A stretch of 63,732 nucleotides of DNA, filler included, from Octopus bimaculoides (lineage: Eukaryota), in the NCBI RefSeq assembly GCF_001194135.2. It is 4 parts of 4 records of this genome, joined end to end, with 100 filler letters (N's around TTAATTAATTAA, not from the genome) between each part and the next. Parts side by side here need not be neighbours in the genome. Positions count along the whole stretch, not along the records: positions 13,655 to 32,373 come from NC_068992.1; positions 32,474 to 46,703 come from NC_068994.1; 2 more parts are not named here. One strand, given 5' to 3'. This document shows, piece after piece, positions 26,008 through 40,508 of this stretch. The number at the start of each line of letters is the position of its first letter. The stretch's first letter is position 1. The notes beneath the pieces are model-generated. The model searched no databases and had not been told where the DNA came from. It was given only the letters and a program-made list of their open reading frames with translations. The translations under genes and the position numbers were made by a program.

Positions 26008-28018
26008 CACACATAAAATACAATGTGATAAATAATACATATATTACATATAAATAAATATATATATATGTATATTATATACATACATGTGCGTGTGTTT
26101 GTGCGTGGTGTGTGTGTGCGTGTGTGCGCGTGTGTGTGCGTGTGCGTGCGTGTGTCTGCGTCTATGACAGGGCGAGAAAATTTGGTTATAGTAACCTCAG
26201 TATTCGATTAGTATATTATTTTATCCTTCTCGGAAGACTGGAAAACAAATTTGATCAAAGCTATGAAAGGACACACAACATTAACTTAGTCAAAAAATTC
26301 TACAAACCATTTTGTCAGACGCTGAAACAAATCTATAGCGCCACTATCTACGTAGATGTATCTGCTAACAGATTTTCAATAAAGGCATAAGGAGATCATT
26401 CATTCGACTCTTGTACTTCAGTGGTACTTTTGTATTTAGAAAGAATGAAGCCATAACTGGTCCCGCACAAGTAGGCTCGTATTGAAAATTTATATTCTTG
26501 GATGTAGCATCTGCAAAAACAGAGTTAGTTAATATTATTATTTTTCATGTATCGCACCTGCTTCGACCGAAGAGGATTCATACCCTGTTCTATAAAACAC
26601 GGTGTGCATTTAAATATTAATGACCTGAATTTAAATCCTCAAGAGACAAAGAGGCAAACTACTTTCCATCGACGAATAAGCTATTCGACAAGTTCTGGAT
26701 GTTATAGAATCGACTAAACTCGCCTCGAAAAATTATCTTGCCGTCTCCCTATGTTAGAAACAAGTATTTTAAATACTTCTAACTTTGCACAGCGGCAAGT
26801 GCGAGGTATCACATCATTACTCGATTTCATTGCGTTTAGTAAATATTTATCGAACTGTTAAACTACGTTGACACATGACAGGCTTTGAAACATGCTAAGT
26901 AAAACACTCGCTATTACACATATACAGGCACACATACACTTAAGGACATACACACACACATACATCATCTAATTTCCATACAAAATATATTGGAAAATCT
27001 CGAAGCTACAATAGAAAAAAATATCATTTGTACAAACACATGCATGAAAGTATGTATGTACATGCATACACACAGACACAAACACACACATACATGTATC
27101 AATGACTGAATGTATATACATGTACGTATAAAGAGTGAGAGTGAGAAAGACATATATTTATCGTAGTCAGTGTATTTGAATGTCTGTGAGTATAGGTGTA
27201 TCCATATGTATCCTGTCTATTAGCAAGTAAGCAAGTTTGTTAGACCTACGCATGTATGTTTGTGCGTTTGTGTATGCGCTTCTATGCTTGTGTATATATG
27301 TCTGTGTGAGTATGTTTAGTTGCAGCTTAAACAGTGCATCAGTTCATTTTCGAACTTCACTGCAATAAAGTATAATCAAAATAAAATGGCGCATAATGCA
27401 GAAGAATAATTCGACGCATTCGTTAGAATGATGGAGACCTAGTTATATGCCAAGCTGTCAAAGGAGAGTGTAAAGCTCATTCAACTAAATCAGATATTAC
27501 TAGACTGGGAGCATAATCAAGACTGCAGTTATACATATCAGCGTTGTATCTATCGACTTGTGCCGCTTACTGTTCGGATCGACCTGCAAAGAAAGAGCAA
27601 ACAACTTAGTTTGCAGATAGTGTTGGCGATCTGCCAGTACAGCTCCATAAAATAATATCGTATTGCCCGAATATAATCTAAGATAATCATATTGAACTTT
27701 CACAAATAATATAATCATATTTTCTTCCTATGATAAATTCCAATATCTGAATTAATTATATTTCTTATTAGTAATATCTTACCCCCTACCACCATAATAT
27801 CTCACATCAGAGCATTATTTTATTTTACTTTTGTTTCTTTTTGGGGTTTTTGCTTATCATTTATATGTTTAACTGTTATGAACATAGATATACACATGTA
27901 ATTACATTCAATTGTTAACATACATACTCGTTCACAACAAACATACATGCTTTCAATTATTTACATATATATGTGACATATGTGATTTTTTTTTAGTTCA
28001 AATGTAATATGCAACATC

Positions 28019-28057
<39 letters not shown>

Positions 28058-28271
28058 NNNNNNNNNNNNNNNNNNNNNNNNNNNNNNNNNNNNNNNNNNN
28101 NNNNNNNNNNNNNNNNNNNNNNNNNNNNNNNNNNNNNNNNNNNNNNNNNNNNNNNNNNNNNNNNNNNNNNNNNNNNNNNNNNNNNNNNNNNNNNNNNNNN
28201 NNNNNNNNNNNNNNNNNNNNNNNNNNNNNNNNNNNNNNNNNNNNNNNNNNNNNNNNNNNNNNNNNNNNNNN

Positions 28272-28308
<37 letters not shown>

Positions 28309-30434
28309 TAAAGCGAGAGAGAAATATATGTGTGTGTATGTATGTGTGACCGTGCATTACATACACAAACGTGCACACTCATACATGAACATATACGGTC
28401 ATCACCATCTTTATTCAAAAATTTGATTTCAGAACACCCCACCAGAGGAAACTGTAAAAATTGTAAAAAACTGAAATCTCGATACAATTATCGTTTTCTA
28501 ATTCAAAGTACGTCTCCTCTTCTTCGCCATTCAACTTATATTGTTCGTGAACCCATTGATCTGACTTCGTTATCTATTGATCGCACTTTATACTTGCATG
28601 CCTCTATCCGCTTTTTCAATAACTTATTTGTCCTGCGTTTGCGTGCACCAATTCAACTGATCTTGATTGGCTACTAATTTTAACCAAGCAGTATTTCCTT
28701 TCACTTCAGCCCCGTCCCCCTAACTCTTTTTAGCCTCCTCAATTTCCATGTTTTGTTTGCAATAATGAGTCATCTACCATTAGCAAACATCGATATTTTC
28801 CTTGTTATTCTACTACTTTAGTATTTGATGTGGATTTTGTGTGTATCGTGTCTACTGTTGGCTTTTAGTTCCAACGCATAAGTTATGGTACATCATAGAC
28901 GTGATAAATTTTTTCCAGAGCATCTCTCTGATCTCTGGTATCTGAGGAGCGAACGATATTCAGTTTAATTATCATGCTTATTGTTACATCAATAGAAGAC
29001 TTCAGCAGTGAGTGATTTCTAGATTTACATTGCGAGTTCTTTCGTAACAACTTTTAGTAAAGTTTAATAATCGAATCCTTGTATAACTGTGGAGTGAGAT
29101 TTCTTCATTTCAATTCTGGGGTGAATTCTTCTTGTGACTATCTAAGTTTTGAATAAGTTGGTCTTTTCAAAATACACTTTCAAATATATTAAACCCCCTT
29201 CTATTTTATACTATGTACCCTGTAGTTTAGTCGCAATGAAGAACATCAGCAGAAATAGTATGATACAGATTGAGTGGTGAAATACCAATTGGCTCTGATC
29301 GAGCTGACTCGTAATTCAAAAGCGTTCGTTAGTAGTAAATACATTAAAGCGGGATGAAGTCGACACGAATGGACAAAATCAGATGACGTCGACATTATGA
29401 ACGTTAACGTTTGACTCTATATGTCATTGGTAATATCCAGTAAAATGCATTCTTTGAGGGCTAATAACAGGTAGTAGTTGTTATTGCTTTCTCGAACGAG
29501 TAGTCTTATTATTAAACACTGTAGGGCGGTTATAAATACTGTTTATTTATGTGTACACAGGCTTTTTGTGTTTGTCTAAACAAACTAAGCATCGTTATTC
29601 TTTTGTCTAATTCCATTCATTATCCTATAGTAGTATTGTTTCCATGTCTGAATCAGTTTTATACCTCATGCTTCTGGGGACTATTCTAATTTAAAAAAAA
29701 AACAGTATATCAATTTACACACGAAAGTACCCCAATTTATGAAATTCTCGCTATTAATGGAATCTTGAGAAAAATTAATTCGGAAAAGAACGTCATTCGA
29801 ACCCAATTTAGCAAATGCCCACGTGAGACACATTTCTGCTACGGACAACAAACGCGAGATTCGCAAGCCCTGTCAACAAGCACATCGACTAACGCCACGG
29901 ACGACATATCATGAGTATATGATCGATATTTCCGTGCTACATACGATATTGACCCATCAACAGAAGCTTCAAATTCCATCAGCGCATAGCTAACATCATG
30001 GTTTTAACGAAAACTGATGCAGATACACATGGTAGAATTCTGGGTAGCTGTAAATGTTTCTGTTTGTTTGTAGCTGATTATACATCGTTTATAAGAATTA
30101 AGCTTTGAAATTCGTGTCGGATTTTATACATTTTTTGGTGTGTATAGGTAGATGTTTCTTTCTTTTTTTTTTCATGGTTGTTTTCTTTGCTCATAACTCA
30201 TTTCTCAAGTTGCTAATCTGTGAGATCGAACCGGGTTTTATGAGAATGGTTTACAAGTGTATCATATATCGGCGTAACTCGTCAAGCAGTGTCTCACCAT
30301 GGCTGTGTTCAAATGACTGAAACCAGTATCGAGTTTTCTGCGGAAATAGTAGCTGCGTTTCGAGTACACACACACACAGACAAACACACGCAGGCACACC
30401 ACACACGCACACATACACATAGGTAAACAAAAAT

Positions 30435-30485
<51 letters not shown>

Positions 30486-31275
30486 CATAGATACATAGAT
30501 ACATGTGCGTGTGCATAATATATGTATGTGTACGTGTTTCTGATTTGGCACAGTCAATTGCTTCGAGTTCTTGAAACTAATACCATTTACTGAGATTTGG
30601 CAAATTTATAATCAGGGATAAATCCTTATCAGATGATAAAACTGACCAGTTCTTCTCAGTATCCTCCAATTCCATCTAAATACGACTTGGGTATAATTAT
30701 ACCAACACGCACCCCAGAGACTAGTGTAAGGAAATTGATTAACAGAGGGTAACAGAATCAACGGCTCTGTTTGCTGAGCAGCATCGCATTATTTTCTTTT
30801 TTACGTTTTTTTTCTCTTTTTAATGCTGATATTGAATTAACCACTGTTAAATTAGTTTCTTGTTTTCACTGACACGTTTGCTTCACTGACTTGCAGAACA
30901 ATAATTGTATAAACCCTTTTATCAGGCAAAAACTGGTCGACCATAGGCATTAATATCAGACTAGAACTAATTATATATTTTAGATAGCGGTTATGATTTA
31001 TGTTTCGTTTACATTATTTTATTTTTCTATTGTTTTAAATGAACATTTTTTGCATTGTCTTGTTCATTTTTGTTTGCTATTTTCTTTGGTATTTTATGTG
31101 TAGGTGTGTGTGTGTGTGTGTATGTGTGTGTGTGTGTCTATGTGTGTGTGTGTGTGTGTTTGTGTGTGTTTTGCTCATATAAAGTAATCATCGACTCATC
31201 GACTCACGTGTAGACAAGAGTGAAAATACGTGTTGATCTGTGTTTCTGTGTATAAGTATGTAATATATACGTATA

Positions 31276-31314
<39 letters not shown>

Positions 31315-32373
31315 GTGTGTGTGTGTGAATGTGTGTATGTATATATNNNNNNNNNNNNNNNNNNNNNNNNNNNNNNNNNNNNNNNNNNNNNNNNNNNNNN
31401 NNNNNNNNNNNNNNNNNNNNNNNNNNNNNNNNNNNNNNNNNNNNNNNNNNNNNNNNNNNNNNNNNNNNNNNNNNNNNNNNNNNNNNNNNNNNNNNNNNNN
31501 NNNNNNNNNNNNNNNNNNNNNNNNNNNNNNNNNNNNNNNNNNNNNNNNNNNNNNNNNNNNNNNNNNNNNNNNNNNNNNNNNNNNNNNNNNNNNNNNNNNN
31601 NNNNNNNNNNNNNNNNNNNNNNNNNNNNNNNNNNNNNNNNNNNNNNNNNNNNNNNNNNNNNNNNNNNNNNNNNNNNNNNNNNNNNNNNNNNNNNNNNNNN
31701 NNNNNNNNNNNNNNNNNNNNNNNNNNNNNNNNNNNNNNNNNNNNNNNNNNNNNNNNNNNNNNNNNNNNNNNNNNNNNNNNNNNNNNNNNNNNNNNNNNNN
31801 NNNNNNNNNNNNNNNNNNNNNNNNNNNNNNNNNNNNNNNNNNNNNNNNNNNNNNNNNNNNNNNNNNNNNNNNNNNNNNNNNNNNNNNNNNNNNNNNNNNN
31901 NNNNNNNNNNNNNNNNNNNNNNNNNNNNNNNNNNNNNNNNNNNNNNNNNNNNNNNNNNNNNNNNNNNNNNNNTATATATATATATATATATATGTATATA
32001 TGCATGCACATATATGTAAGTGCGTGTGTGTGCACGTATGTATGTGTGTGCGCGTGTATGCACGTAAGCATGCCTGTGTGTAAGTAAGCGTAATTAATGA
32101 ATTACAATTTCGTTCTGATTTGTGATATTTCATTTTCACTTTCAGAGGGGGTCAGTTTTGCATATGTACAAAGAGTGAACGCATAAATACTTGATTAATT
32201 GCATAAATATATCCGTATGGATATGCATATGTAAATAGTTCTATGCACCAACAAACCATCCGCGAAAAATACAAACACATATTTCATATGAGTGCTTATA
32301 TGTCTGCATGTATCTATGCATATATATGTATATGTATGTATCGTATGTATATATATATATATGTATATATATA

Positions 32374-32473
32374 NNNNNNNNNNNNNNNNNNNNNNNNNNN
32401 NNNNNNNNNNNNNNNNNTTAATTAATTAANNNNNNNNNNNNNNNNNNNNNNNNNNNNNNNNNNNNNNNNNNNN
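32374..32473. other. Artificial scaffold spacer: 44N-TTAATTAATTAA-44N
   Basis: Identical layout to 13555-13654. Confidence 0.95.
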
Positions 32474-33031
32474 ATTTATTATATCTTTCTCCGTTTTCTT
32501 CCTCTGTTTAGACGAACTTTCCTACCTTTTCGGACAAAACCTTTTGCAACCTTCGTCCTGTCTTTGTCCTTATATGTCTTTAATTGATATTAGCCCTTGT
32601 GGCCAATAAAACGAATTAATTATTATTATTATTATTATTAAGGCAAACTGGCAGAATTGTTAGCACACTGAGCGAAATGCTTATTCAAATTCCACTGCAG
32701 TCGACTTTGCCTTTCATCCTTTCAGGATCGATAAAATAAGTACCAGTTGAACACTGGGGTCAATACAATCATGCCCCCCCCCAAAAAAAAACATTCCAGG
32801 CCTTGTGCCTTAAGTAGAATGGATTATTAGTAAATTTCTCCCTGTGCACACACATGTGAAAGAGTTGATCTTATTTGTAAGCTTGATCAAAGCTTTCAAA
32901 CAGCCCCTTTTCCCCCCTTTCTTATATATGTTTTCTGACTGTATGTTTGATCCAAAATATGTATTGAATCGTGTATTAAAAGGTGAATTTTGATATTTCA
33001 AGGCAGTGAAATCATATCACCTCTTTATTTA

Positions 33032-33067
<36 letters not shown>

Positions 33068-33715
33068 ATTCTTTTGACATTTATTTTATTTCAATGTATT
33101 TTATATTTCATTTTGTTTATTCCTGCTTCCAGTTAACAGTATCATACATCTAAGACCTGATTACTGATACTCTAGGTTACTGCTGCTATATCTCATTATT
33201 TCATTTATTTATACACAGTTTATTGAAACCTTTCATATAGTTTATCAAATAACATTGGAGCTTATATTATTATTATTCTATCTATTCATATACATACAAA
33301 CACACACACACACACACAATGTGTGTGTCTATATATATGTGTATGTGTGTGTGGTCTCTCTTCTTTTGTGTGCTTGTGTATATCAAGCTAGCTAGCTCTT
33401 TCTATAGATTTCTGTTTGGATGTGAGTGGATGTTCGTATCAATTATATAAATTGCTAAAGGGGACGCCACTATTGATAGTGTGTTTAAAATATAGTGTTG
33501 TTTGATATAAAAAAAAAGAAAGAAAAAGAAAATCAGAAAAAAAAGGGAAAATATGATTTCAGTTACCTTGTCGAAACCAGACAAGTTTCATGTTTAAGCA
33601 TGATTTAAAAAAAAAAATATGTTATATGTATGAAGTTTTTTATAAAGAATAATAATAATGGTAAAATCTTGCTTTTTTTCTTCTTCTAATTTTGTCAAAA
33701 ATCAAATAAGATTAT

Positions 33716-34117
33716 AGGCGCAGGAGTGGCTGTGTGGTAAGTAGCTTGCTTACCAACCACATGGTTCCGGGTTCAGTCCCACTGCGTGGCACCTTGGGCA
33801 AGTGTCTTCTGCTATAGCCTCGGGCCGACCAAAGCCTTGTGAGTGGATTTGGTAGACGGAAACTGAAAGAAGCCCGTCGTATATTTGTATATATATATAT
33901 GTGTGTTTGTGTGACTGTTTATCCCCCCACCAACGCTTGACAACTGATGCTGGTGTGTTTATGTCCCCGCAACTTAGCGTTTCGGCAAAAAAAGACCGAT
34001 AGAATAAGTACTAGGCTTACAAAGAATAAGTCCTGGGGTCGATCTGCTCGACTAAAGGCGGTGCTCCAGCATGGCCGTAGTCAAATGACTGAAACAAGTA
34101 AAAGAGTAAAAGAGAGA
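33716..34117 (+). mobile_element. tRNA-derived SINE, family A (near full length)
   Basis: Collinear with 17554-17985; Pol III box A/B-like motifs in the head. Confidence 0.9.
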
Positions 34118-35180
34118 GTATGCCAGTGCACACGCACACACATTCTCTCTCTCTTTCCCTCTCTCTCCCTCTCTCTCTCTCTGCATATATATATTTAGGT
34201 GGATGATGATGATGATGATGATGACAGTTTGAAAGAGGGTACGTGAGCGCCATATTTACAGTACTTCAATTTATATGGTTTTGATTTTTAAAATTGCATG
34301 CTCTGGCTTATAAATTAGGAATCGCTACAGCTCTCTGCAGTCGCTTGACATGACCTGCTAGAATAAGCGCCAAATCTCAGGATGGTTATGTTTGGAATGC
34401 CTTTGATCTCAGATCTCATTGATCAGAGTTAAACAACAATAATAATAGCGACGACAACAACAACAATCAAACCAGCTTTCTCTGCTTCTGCCTCCTTCTC
34501 ACTATCTTTTCAGAGTTGTCAAAGTTCAGGGATCGATCGTTTCTTTGATAACATTCTCCTATCTTTTCTATTTTCGTCCGCTCCCCCCCTTTTCTTCTAG
34601 AATTATCTCTTGAAAGATGGATGGCGTTAGCAAAACCATGGGGCCTTAGTGTGTGCTGCCAACATTAAGTCACTTATCATTTGACAATGCCGCTCAACAG
34701 ATTTTGCCCATATTCAGTAGAAATATAGATTTCTTCTTTTTTTTTTCTTTNNNNNNNNNNNNNNNNNNNNNNNNNNNNNNNNNNNNNNNNNNNNNNNNNN
34801 NNNNNNNNNNNNNNNNNNNNNNNNNNNNNNTAACACCCTAATTAAAGGCAAAGGTCAGTTTTATGTGATTCTCAAATGTTATTTTGGTAACATCTCATCT
34901 TCTGAATTTTCTTTCATTCTCTGGTTTTCAGTCAGTGGACTGTAACCATGATACAGCACTGCTTTCAAGAATTTTTTTGTCTCTTTTCAATTGATTATAT
35001 CATAAACAATTATTAGTCTGGTACTTATTTCATTAATTAACCTCAAAATTAATAAAAAAAGGCAAGGCCCTAGCTTTTCTTTCTTTTATAATTATAGTAA
35101 TTTTTTTTTTTTCCTGTTCTTTTATTTTTAGTTTTGTTTTGTTTTTGGAACGAAACTTTGTCTGCAATCAGTGGCTCTCT

Positions 35181-35385
35181 TTTCTTTTATCTTTTACTTG
35201 TTTCAGTCATTAGACTGTGGCCATGCTGGGGCATTGCCTTGACGGGTTCAGTTGAACAAACTGACTTCACTACTGGCTTTTTTGTTTTTAAGTCTGGTAT
35301 TTATTCTATCAGTCTCTTTTGCCAAACTGCTAAGTTATAGGGATGTAAACAAACCAGCACCAGTTGTCAAAAAGTGGTAGGGAGT

Positions 35386-35423
<38 letters not shown>

Positions 35424-35510
35424 GAGCTTCTTTCAGTTTCCATCTACCAAATCCAATCACAAGGCATTGGTTGACTTGAGACTATAGTAGAAATCCCACG
35501 CCTAAGGAGT
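35181..35510 (-). mobile_element. SINE family A
   Basis: Reverse complement of the 33716 copy. Confidence 0.8.
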
Positions 35511-35694
35511 GCCACACAATATTAATTTTCAAAATAATGAGCATGAAATTTTGATTGACAATTTGGAGGGGTCACTTTAAAACAAGAACCTTGTATCATA
35601 GTCTGGGAAAAAAATTGAGGTAGTCATGGTTGGAAGATCTTTAATCAGGGCTAGTCTAGGGCCAAGCAACAACAACAACCAGATTATATATTAG

Positions 35695-36134
35695 TGTCAT
35701 TTAAACCAGCCATATCCGGCTCTAGTATTCTACCTAATTTATGTTCAAACTGACCAGATCTGGCCTCTCACACCTTTCCTACAATGTCCTTTCCAATGTA
35801 AATACTCACAAAACTGGAATCTCAAAGCTACATGATTATGCATGCTTAACCCTTTAGCATGCAATATATAAAAATGTAATAGTTATTTATTTGCCTTTTC
35901 TAAAATCAATCCTGTATTATTTCATAGCTTTGAGACTTCGAAGATGTGATTGTTTATTTTTAGAATGACATTGCAGGGTAGGTGTGATAGGCTGGATCTA
36001 GCCACTTTGAACGTAAAACAGGTAAAATATTTGGGCTGGATATGGCTGGTTGGAATAATAAAAGGTTCATTCAAAACAATGTGAATAAATAAGCATTACA
36101 TTTGACAGAATAATTTGAATGTTAAAAGGGTCAA
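35695..36134. mobile_element. piggyBac-like MITE with a second copy nested in reverse orientation
   Basis: TTAACCCTTTAGCAT at 35846 and AAAAGGGTCAA at 36134; 127-bp inverted arms at 35704-35830 and 35925-36051. Confidence 0.65.
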
Positions 36135-38412
36135 TGCAGAAGACATCCAATTCTTCTGTAACCCTCTGTGTATTTCTCCACTAATTCTCAGCAGGGTTTG
36201 TATAGCGGTAGTACTGACAGGAAGTTCACCATTACCGGTGAGACTAAATCTGTATGAGAAAAAAAGAATGTGATGGTGAAGGAGAAGAAGAAAAAGAAGA
36301 AAAAAAATGAAATGTTAGTGCATCCAGCAGTTCTCAGTAGGAGTGTTTGGTAGCAGGATAGGCCTTGGGTTGGGGTGATGATGGAAATAAATTCCAAAGT
36401 GTAAAATGTCTGTCACAGTAGCCAAAGTAGAGAGAGAGAGAGAAAGAGAAGACATAAATGTAATATGAAGAGTCCAAGAGTTTAAAAGGTGTCACTAAAA
36501 GACAAAGAGAGAGACACAAAGATAATATTTGGCAGCGACTATTTGTGAATGGAAGCGAAAGAACTTCGCATTCAATTTGTAATCAGCACTTCATGTGCAT
36601 GTGCAATCAACTCTAATTAAGTCAGTACTTTATCATTTAACCTCCTTGCTTGTTAAACGAAATAAAAGTGTTAATAAGCAATTTCATACCACTATCCACT
36701 CTGTACCTACTTTTGTCCTCAGCCAACTCCCAAATGCCTGACTCTTGCCAGATAAAATTTAACAGCGCCTAATATTCAGAGTTGACCATTTATAAACTGT
36801 AAAGATAATTGCTCTTTGCTCTGCCAGTAGTGGAGATCCCCTAGTCTGTGAATATTTAGTCCCATGCATGAAAACAGCCACAAAAGATCAACTATGAGAT
36901 GCCAAAGTTTGCTGTGGTGTAAGCAGAATCAAACAGCTTTTTGGGTTCTTCTATTCTGGTCGTTGTTGGTCTTTCGTCCCATGTCAAACTTGATTCAAGA
37001 AACCCTTTCAAACAGCCATCTTTTATTTCATCATCATCATCATCATCGTTTAAGATCCGCTTTCCATGCTAGCATGGGTTGGACGATTTGACTGAGGACT
37101 GGTAAACCAGATGGCTACACCAGGCTCCAATCTGATTTGGCAGAGTTTCTACAGCTGGATGCCCTTCCTAACGCCAACCACTCCGAGAGTGTAGTGGGTG
37201 CTTTTACATGCCACCGGCATGAAGGCCAGTCAGGTGGTACTGGCAACAGCCACGCTCAAAATGGTGTATTGTACGTGCCACCTGCACAGGAGCCAGTCCA
37301 GCGGCACTGGCAATGATCTCACTCGAATGTCTTTACATGTGCCACCGGCACAAGTGCCAGGAAGGCGACGCTGGGCACCGTTGGCATCACAATTTCACTT
37401 TCGCTTGCCCCAACAGGTCTTCGCAAGCTGATTATTTTGGATAGGCATACATTATCCAACATATTTTGCATGGTGAGTCTACTGAGAGAGATTTGGCTGC
37501 TATTTCTACCAGACTGAGGGACTATAAAGAACAGCACCCTTGTTCAGACTGTGCACATCATTGGGCTGAAATGTGACAGCCAATAAATTCAATGGTGTTG
37601 GCTCTACTTGATAGTGCAGACTAGTTTGATAGACAGCTTTCTCTACTCTCTACTGTGATCTAAGCAATCAATGGCTGCCAAAGTTTTCATGTGGAAACAC
37701 AAGATACTCTCCTGCTGATTTGATCATGATGATGAAGAACAAATGATGAAAATGCTATTCAATAATAGTAATAATAATAAAATGGTGATGATAATGGCAG
37801 TAGGGGTGGTGGTGCTGGTAGTGTTTGTTATTAGTAGCTGTTGTTAGAGTATCTGAATGTTTTCTTTAAAAAAAATAAAGGAAGAAGAAAACATCATTTA
37901 TCCTCCTTTTATGCTAACAGTTCAATCATACTTTCAAAATGTTTTGATTGCATGTTGTGTGTGTGTATGTGTGTGTGTGCACATGTATATATGCGTGTGT
38001 ATGTTTGTGTGCCTGTGTACGCATGTATGTATGTATGTATGTATATATATATATATATATATATATACGTGTGTGTGTGTGCATGTGTGCATGCATGCAC
38101 ATGTATGTATGTGAGTATGTACTTTTTTTCCTCAGCTAACCAGTCACCACTTCTTTGCTCAGAAAATGGTATTTTTTATGAAATTGAAAAAAAAAAGAAA
38201 GTAACAAATAACAAAGTCGTAAAAATAATGCAAAACAAAAGCAATTCCAAATCCATGTTTGAAAAGTCACTTAAAATATCAAGAATGCCATAGCTGTGAC
38301 AGACCAATTTTTTTTTTCCAGTAATTCATTTCATTTATTTTTATTATTTACACTATATTTTCATTCCAAGACACACATACACACACACACACAGAAATTC
38401 AGAGAGGGGATT

Positions 38413-38457
<45 letters not shown>

Positions 38458-38627
38458 CAATCAAGAAAATGGTGAGAGATTATTCTTCTGTTAGAATACA
38501 GAGGAAAGGAGAACCTCCAAGAGGGTTAGGAGTGGGGGTGGCCTGATCAATATTTATACAGGCATGGCATTCAATTTTGGATGTTGTCAAAAAATGAAAA
38601 CTTTATTGTTGGGTTTTGTGTTGTTGT

Positions 38628-39245
38628 TGTTGTTGTCATTGGGTGTGTATGTACTGGTGGTGATGGTGGAGTTCTTTTCAAATTTCAGTTTGCAACATTC
38701 AGCTATAATTGTATTTTCCATACCTTTGACACTTTCCTTTACCATTTTGTTGCCAATGTTAGTGTTATTGCTTTTTTTTTTTAATTTTTATTGGATTTTT
38801 TTGTTTTTAATCAATTTTTTTTTTTTGAAGACCAAATAAACAACATAAAATTATGAACAACAACACTCTAATTTTGCCACTGTAATTTTCCTTATATATT
38901 TTAATAATAATAATTGCCATTCTTTTGGTTGGTTGAAAACAGTTGGCACATCTCATTTGATATGCTTCCTTCATAATATGCTGGCATAACTCCTTAAAGC
39001 TCAACTGGAATTAAAAGAAAGTCTGGATGAGAATTTAAAAAAAAATTTTCTGTCNNNNNNNNNNTGTTGTTGTCATTGGGTGTGTATGTACTGGTGGTGA
39101 TGGTGGAGTTCTTTTCAAATTTCAGTTTGCAACATTCAGCTATAATTGTATTTTCCATACCTTTGACACTTTCCTTTACCATTTTGTTGCCAATGTTAGT
39201 GTTATTGCTTTTTTTTTTTAATTTTTATTGGATTTTTTTGTTTTT
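38628..39245 (+). repeat. Identical 181-bp direct duplication (38628-38808 and 39065-39245) across a 10-N gap
   Basis: Exact match by eye; probable assembly redundancy. Confidence 0.85.
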
Positions 39246-39406
39246 TGCATGGCTGTATGATCAGAAGTTTGCTTCACAACAACATGGTTCTAGGTTCAGT
39301 CCCACTGTATGGCACCTTGGGCAAGTGTCTTCTACTATAGCCATCCACAGGCTAACCAAAGCCTTGTGAGTGGATTTGGTAGACAGAAACTGAAAACTGC
39401 CCATCA

Positions 39407-39448
<42 letters not shown>

Positions 39449-39640
39449 CCCCATCACTGCTTCACAACTGGTGTAGGTGTGTTCACATCCCCATAACTTA
39501 GCAGTTGGGCAAACTAGCCTGATAGAGTAAGTGCCAGGCTAAAAAGAAAACATATTAGCACTGGATTCAACTCATTCAATAAAAATTCTTCAAGGTTGTG
39601 CCCCAGCATGGCCATAGTCCAATGACTAAAAGAAGTAAAA
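39246..39640 (+). mobile_element. SINE family A (diverged)
   Basis: Collinear with the 33716 copy. Confidence 0.8.
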
Positions 39641-40459
39641 GACAGCATGGGGATATCCAGTGAAATCATGCAAGACTCTTGTGGAGGGAAGGAAGGTATC
39701 TGTAAACTGGAAACTTTGCCCCAATGTTGGCAACAGAGTAGGCTGTTTTAAAGGCTCCCAATACACCAGAAGGTGACAGGGTATGTTTCCCACCCATGTA
39801 AGTCATGACTGAATTTGAACTCAGAACTCAAAGAAAGCAGAACAAATACCGCAAGGCATCCAGTTCTATGTTTTATTAGTTCTGCCAATCTACCACTTTT
39901 TAGATTGGTACCTTTTCTCTTTTTATCGACCTCAAAAGGATAAAAAGCAAAGTTGACCTCATAAAGACTCAGCTAATGCACAACCCAGCTGAGTTAATCT
40001 ATTGAATAATAATTTCTACATTCTTGTCTAACCCTTTCAGTACCAACTTATTTGAGACCTGATTTTATTTTAACCTTTTTTGCATGGTCCTATGGTACAA
40101 ACTTCTTGTTTTAAACTTATCGAAGTTAAAACCGCCAATCAGAATTTCATGTTAATCTATGTTACTAATACCAGTATGATTACGATAGTTATTCTGCTGA
40201 ATTCTTTATTGTGGATAGATTTGGTAGATGGAAACTAAAAGAAGCCTGTCGTGTGTGTGTGTGTTTGTATCTGTGTTTGTCCACAACCGGTGTTGGTTTG
40301 TTTATATCCCAGTAACATATCAGCTCAACAAAGAGACTGATAGAATAAGTACAGGGTTTGCCTAGGTATATATACAGGTTAGCTGCAAATACTCAGTAAG
40401 ATGTACAGGTAGACTGATTTGATTGATTCATCAACATCAGTGCCAATAGGCTCCCTTAC

Positions 40460-40508
40460 TCATGCGAAGCTGACCAGATATGGTGATGGTGGTGGTGGGG
40501 GTAAACAA
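40460..40508 (-). CDS. Candidate 49-nt exon; phase-1 reading (V)VYPHHHHHHIWSASH(E/D)
   Basis: TTTTTCTTTTTAG acceptor and GTAAGG donor; phase compatible with the 41991-42063 exon. Confidence 0.3.

Noticed and set aside
33565-33591. Minus-strand MKLVWFRQ-G with a phase-1 donor, resembling the TMEM272 WFxxG intron site or a photolyase N-terminus
   Set aside because: No AG acceptor between the upstream stop and the ATG; 8 aa is too short to assign.
33716-33790. tRNA gene
   Set aside because: This is the tRNA-derived head of a SINE, continuing into the SINE body; no complete cloverleaf.
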